Of a DNA stretch of 30,945 nt, positions 28,701 through 30,945 are shown one piece after another; the stretch's first letter is position 1, and each line of letters opens with the position of its first letter. A model generated the notes under the pieces. The model was not told where the DNA came from. It made no database searches and was given only the letters and a program-made list of their open reading frames with translations. The translations under genes were made by a program, and so were the position numbers. Source of the stretch: Caecitellus pseudoparvulus (Eukaryota; Protista; Bigyra: Bicosoecida); assembly GCA_965644315.1 (NCBI GenBank), contig CBFFRQ010000148.1, positions 1 to 30,945 of the forward strand. The letters run 5' to 3'.

Positions 28701-30945
28701 AAGGCGGGCCAGGCGCCAAGGACATGTTCACGGGCACGCTCTGCTCGTCGGCCAGGCTGCTGGGATCGGCCACGCTGCGCCCCAGCACCGTCAAACTGGC
28801 GGATGTCGCAGCATCGGCCCCCGAACCCCCTGCACACGCCCAGTCTGCGAACGTCTCCCACTGCAGCTCCCCACCTTCGCCGCCGCACATGTACCGGGCG
28901 TCCACAGACACCACTGCCGAGTCGCCCCTTGCTCCCAACTCCAGCCCGCCGTCCACTGGCACACCCACTTGCCACGCACTATTCCCTGTGCTGCTCAGCT
29001 CCAACTCAGCACGCACAGCTGTGGGCAGCAGGTTCACCAACAACACGCCCCGCCTCGCCCACCCCAGTCCAGCCACCCGCATGTCCACCTCGCTGGGCAA
29101 CACAGCCAACACCGTCACCTGCATCACCACAGGCACGATCAAGGGGGCACCGCCACGCCGCCCGTCATTGCTGGACACGTGCAGATGTGACCTGTACAGA
29201 CCAGTACGCGGCACTGCCGTCGCATTCAGGCGCAGTGTCACGGCCCTCACGCCGCCAGACGCTGTCACACCCGACGCAGACCCCACCAGGCCCACCCATG
29301 CCTGCGCATCGGGCAGACTCACTGACCATGTCAACGGCGCTGTGCCTGTGTTCCGCACCAGCACCTGCACGGTGGACACGTCAGTCGGCGCCAAGGTCTG
29401 ATGCAAGGAAGCGGGCACCACACTCAGCCGAGGCGCCTGCACCACCAACGTGATGGGGATTGACACGCCCGGCACATCGGACACGCTGCGCCGACCAGGT
29501 AGCACAGGCACAGAGGATGATAGCGCCACCAACGACACCACGCCTCGGTACGTGCCACCTGCCAGCCCGCCTGGGGACAGCACCACGGTCACGGACCGAT
29601 CTCCTGAGCCGACCGGCGCAGTCACTGCCGCCAGACCCACCCATGCCCCGCCACCCCCACGACCTACCACCGTCACAGACCACATCACGTGTGCAGGGGC
29701 CTGCACAGGGATGCTGCGAGTCACTGGAGCCACGGCTGGCCCAGCTTGTGCCTCTACCTGCACAGCGCTCACTGTGCTGCGCAGGTATGGCAGCGGGGCT
29801 GGCGAGCGAGATGCACTGGGCCGTGGCGGCGCACCTGCTGACTGACTTGGCAAAGACGTGCTGGCCCCTGATGGCGTCGGCGCCGGGCTGGACGATGCAC
29901 TGGGCACCACCAACGGGGATGTGCTGGGCGCTGCCACGCCGCCTGGTCGCACTGTCAACGGCACAGCCCCACTGCCCATGCTGACACCGGCAGCCACTAC
30001 ATCGACCACCACGTACACTGTCACAGCGCTGTCTTGAGGCGGGGACGGCACACCACCGCCGCCATCGACGACCAGTGACACGTCCCAGTACTGTGTGCCG
30101 CCACCTCCGCCAAGTGCCGCGGCCTGCACAGCTGCCTTGACCCACGTGATCGGGGCGGAGCACAAGGCTGCTTGGCTGGCCAAGCCTGGGCACACGATGG
30201 ACTGCACTGTCACGGTAGGTGCAGCTGTGCCAGCCCGGCTGAGGGCAATGGTGTCACTGCTGAGGACAGTGCGTGCTTCAGTCCCTTGAGATGTGGATCT
30301 GGAGCGGAGGAGCGTGGTTTGAGGGGGCAGTCCAGGGACAGGTGTGGGTGTGGCAGGAGACAGCCATGTGAGGGTGGGGGGAGTGGAGGATGAAGGTGAG
30401 GGGGTGGTCGAAGGAGGGGCAGAAGCGGTGCTTGATGGTAAAGGCGAGCGTGATTGAGAGGCACTCGGTGTGCCGCTGGGCGTGCTGGTCATGGTGCCAC
30501 TGGGCGTGCTGGTCACGGTGCCACTGGGCGTGCGGGTCGCAGCTGTGCTCATGCTGGGGGTGGCGCTCACTGCTGCACTGCTGGTGGCTGTGCCTGAGGC
30601 CCCGCTTGTTGGAGTCCCACTGCTTGTGGAACTTTGAGAAGGTGAGCATGAAGCTGATGGTGAGTGCGAGGAAGTGGTGGAAGGCGATCTCGAGCTTGTT
30701 ATGGATGAAGATGGGGTTGTAGATGCGGTCGCCGTCAGGGAGGAAGTGACCGACATGGATGCAGTTTGAGATGGCGTGCCCGTGCTCGTCATGGAAGGCG
30801 TGCTGGTCACGGTGCTGCTGGGCGTGCTGGTCACAGTTCCGATGGTCGCGCTGGTCACGGTGCCGCTGGGTGTGCTGGTTGCAGTGCCGCTGGGTGTGCT
30901 GGTCACGGTGCCACTGGGTGTGCTGGTCATGGTGCCACTGGGCGT
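25780..30945 (-). CDS. Large cell-surface multi-pass membrane protein (5' end outside window): Ser/Thr mucin-like stalk, Ig/BACON-like domains, Cys-rich repeats and a multi-TM C-terminus
   Basis: The ORF exceeds 1716 aa and is open to the window edge. It has TSTPSGT repeats, a beta-rich LVRNTGTAPLTWSV...WV segment, CxxC repeats (CEACAPG, CRQCAAG, CVEGHRGAMCGEC) and several hydrophobic helices including GFLYEGYR...YWYWELLITLQKVLL. Confidence 0.8.
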   Translation of the reverse strand, partial: TPSGTMTSTPSGTVTSTPSGTATSTPSGTVTSATIGTVTSTPSSTVTSTPSMTSTGTPSQTASMSVTSSLTATASTTPSSSITSSRSPSTTSSHSPSASCSPSQSSTSSGTPTSGASGTATSSAAVSATPSMSTAATRTPSGTVTSTPSGTMTSTPSGTPSASQSRSPLPSSTASAPPSTTPSPSSSTPPTLTWLSPATPTPVPGLPPQTTLLRSRSTSQGTEARTVLSSDTIALSRAGTAAPTVTVQSIVCPGLASQAALCSAPITWVKAAVQAAALGGGGGTQYWDVSLVVDGGGGVPSPPQDSAVTVYVVVDVVAAGVSMGSGAVPLTVRPGGVAAPSTSPLVVPSASSSPAPTPSGASTSLPSQSAGAPPRPSASRSPAPLPYLRSTVSAVQVEAQAGPAVAPVTRSIPVQAPAHVMWSVTVVGRGGGGAWVGLAAVTAPVGSGDRSVTVVLSPGGLAGGTYRGVVSLVALSSSVPVLPGRRSVSDVPGVSIPITLVVQAPRLSVVPASLHQTLAPTDVSTVQVLVRNTGTAPLTWSVSLPDAQAWVGLVGSASGVTASGGVRAVTLRLNATAVPRTGLYRSHLHVSSNDGRRGGAPLIVPVVMQVTVLAVLPSEVDMRVAGLGWARRGVLLVNLLPTAVRAELELSSTGNSAWQVGVPVDGGLELGARGDSAVVSVDARYMCGGEGGELQWETFADWACAGGSGADAATSASLTVLGRSVADPSSLADEQSVPVNMSLAPGPPLAAASSVLLPSRTGQSLVIAADASVERRTLYLDVSDAVGRGSMLRSLPLVACLSQPCPVAVSLGTGQGGMLSLELRPLSVGSAALRVRLGGYGVPGQGGDSVVSVVVVPPACDASQRLAPGAMQCECAEGFQTPAEGTASETGLACEACAPGTVRAGTVLDAPVCRQCAAGTYAGPDGRVCIECPEEGAVCAGGQLVLRDGVWCEECLPLFGFSSRAPALLGGYRSLYGLRGGRTLTSEVGLGHGRPIFTSRSILLPCSPASVCRANGSVVQCVEGHRGAMCGECEAGWRRAGPDTPCKACPRDGSDVAVTVLTMVIALGFVVYLTLNRSGQGVSTPPAAVFRVVSSWAQVAALLSAAGLSPAKPLDGVLSALGVAVKGFSTSSPAVQCGLRLGFYQELYVALALPVVCVLLPWALLWAVRASGVAGACCPATVAARMPSVRRLRTSARIVPGRLPSDESGASQELHAELSPMKVCPPVPEGGIPVLVGLKGLQQSRRTKNPLPPLKFPAQAQTTATRGVPLAHPDDDLASGSKSLASPDQTPEGVEASLDLAQFSQEYDLSPASGRAARTLSEELGFSTGVLPSHSSEQAHESDDSSVCSGTRAASDVLPPLIDTSRARHRPSARNTPRTWPDMNADGRQVRSPASQKPSFGAVIALPLSTYAIRVALVSLFFVHFGVVETFIKFLDTFPHPVFGYTLFRHRLGHGTFDAAFGPAFALAFLGVLVVGLGAPIGAMLFLRLNRRRLHVLAFQHAAGFLYEGYRVQARGACCGGYWYWELLITLQKVLLLALAVTVQARFARAAAVSGVLCIGLVLHVAAQPYTSSSLDVLSMASQSSLWVDSMLGLMDFELRGESGQERAVSVVEATSTVIVVGFLSLALALGVSIVLGGLWHAVAIAHGALGLSPRAREGRCKSLRRVWAVATCWQRVSLLMAAFGGQPPSEWTVAGKRRRSDGSVHHCSESGDASARNLCC
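30465..30945. repeat. 24-bp coding minisatellite (GGTGCCACTGGGCGTGCTGGTCAC-like), two clusters
   Basis: It encodes 8-aa T(V/M/A)TSTPSG units at about 30465-30540 and 30775-30945. Confidence 0.8.

Overview
This is a eukaryotic, GC-rich, probably protist chromosome end. A perfect (TAACCC)n telomere (1-603) is followed by about 13.6 kb of head-to-tail retroelements, all on the + strand with their 5' ends facing the tip. The first is a 7.75 kb non-LTR retrotransposon encoding an N-terminal region, an APE endonuclease, an RT and a CCHC finger. It is probably one ORF of about 2235 aa broken by a homopolymer frameshift. Next come two near-identical 2.92 kb elements that encode only a diverged paralog of the N-terminal region, with no endonuclease or RT. 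The long and short families share structured 5' and 3' ends. None has a poly(A) tail: each 3' end runs straight into CTAACCCTAAC. A 16-nt relic of the long element's 3' junction marks the innermost telomere boundary. Together this looks like an autonomous plus RT-less telomere-targeted retrotransposon pair, organised like Drosophila TART/TAHRE plus HeT-A, but coexisting with telomerase-type repeats. Further inward are a possible decayed gene, four 38-aa ankyrin-like repeat paralogs, an XK-related membrane protein gene and the 3' part of a large Ser/Thr-rich, Cys-rich multi-pass surface protein gene. Domain calls were made by eye from motifs, and no searches were run.
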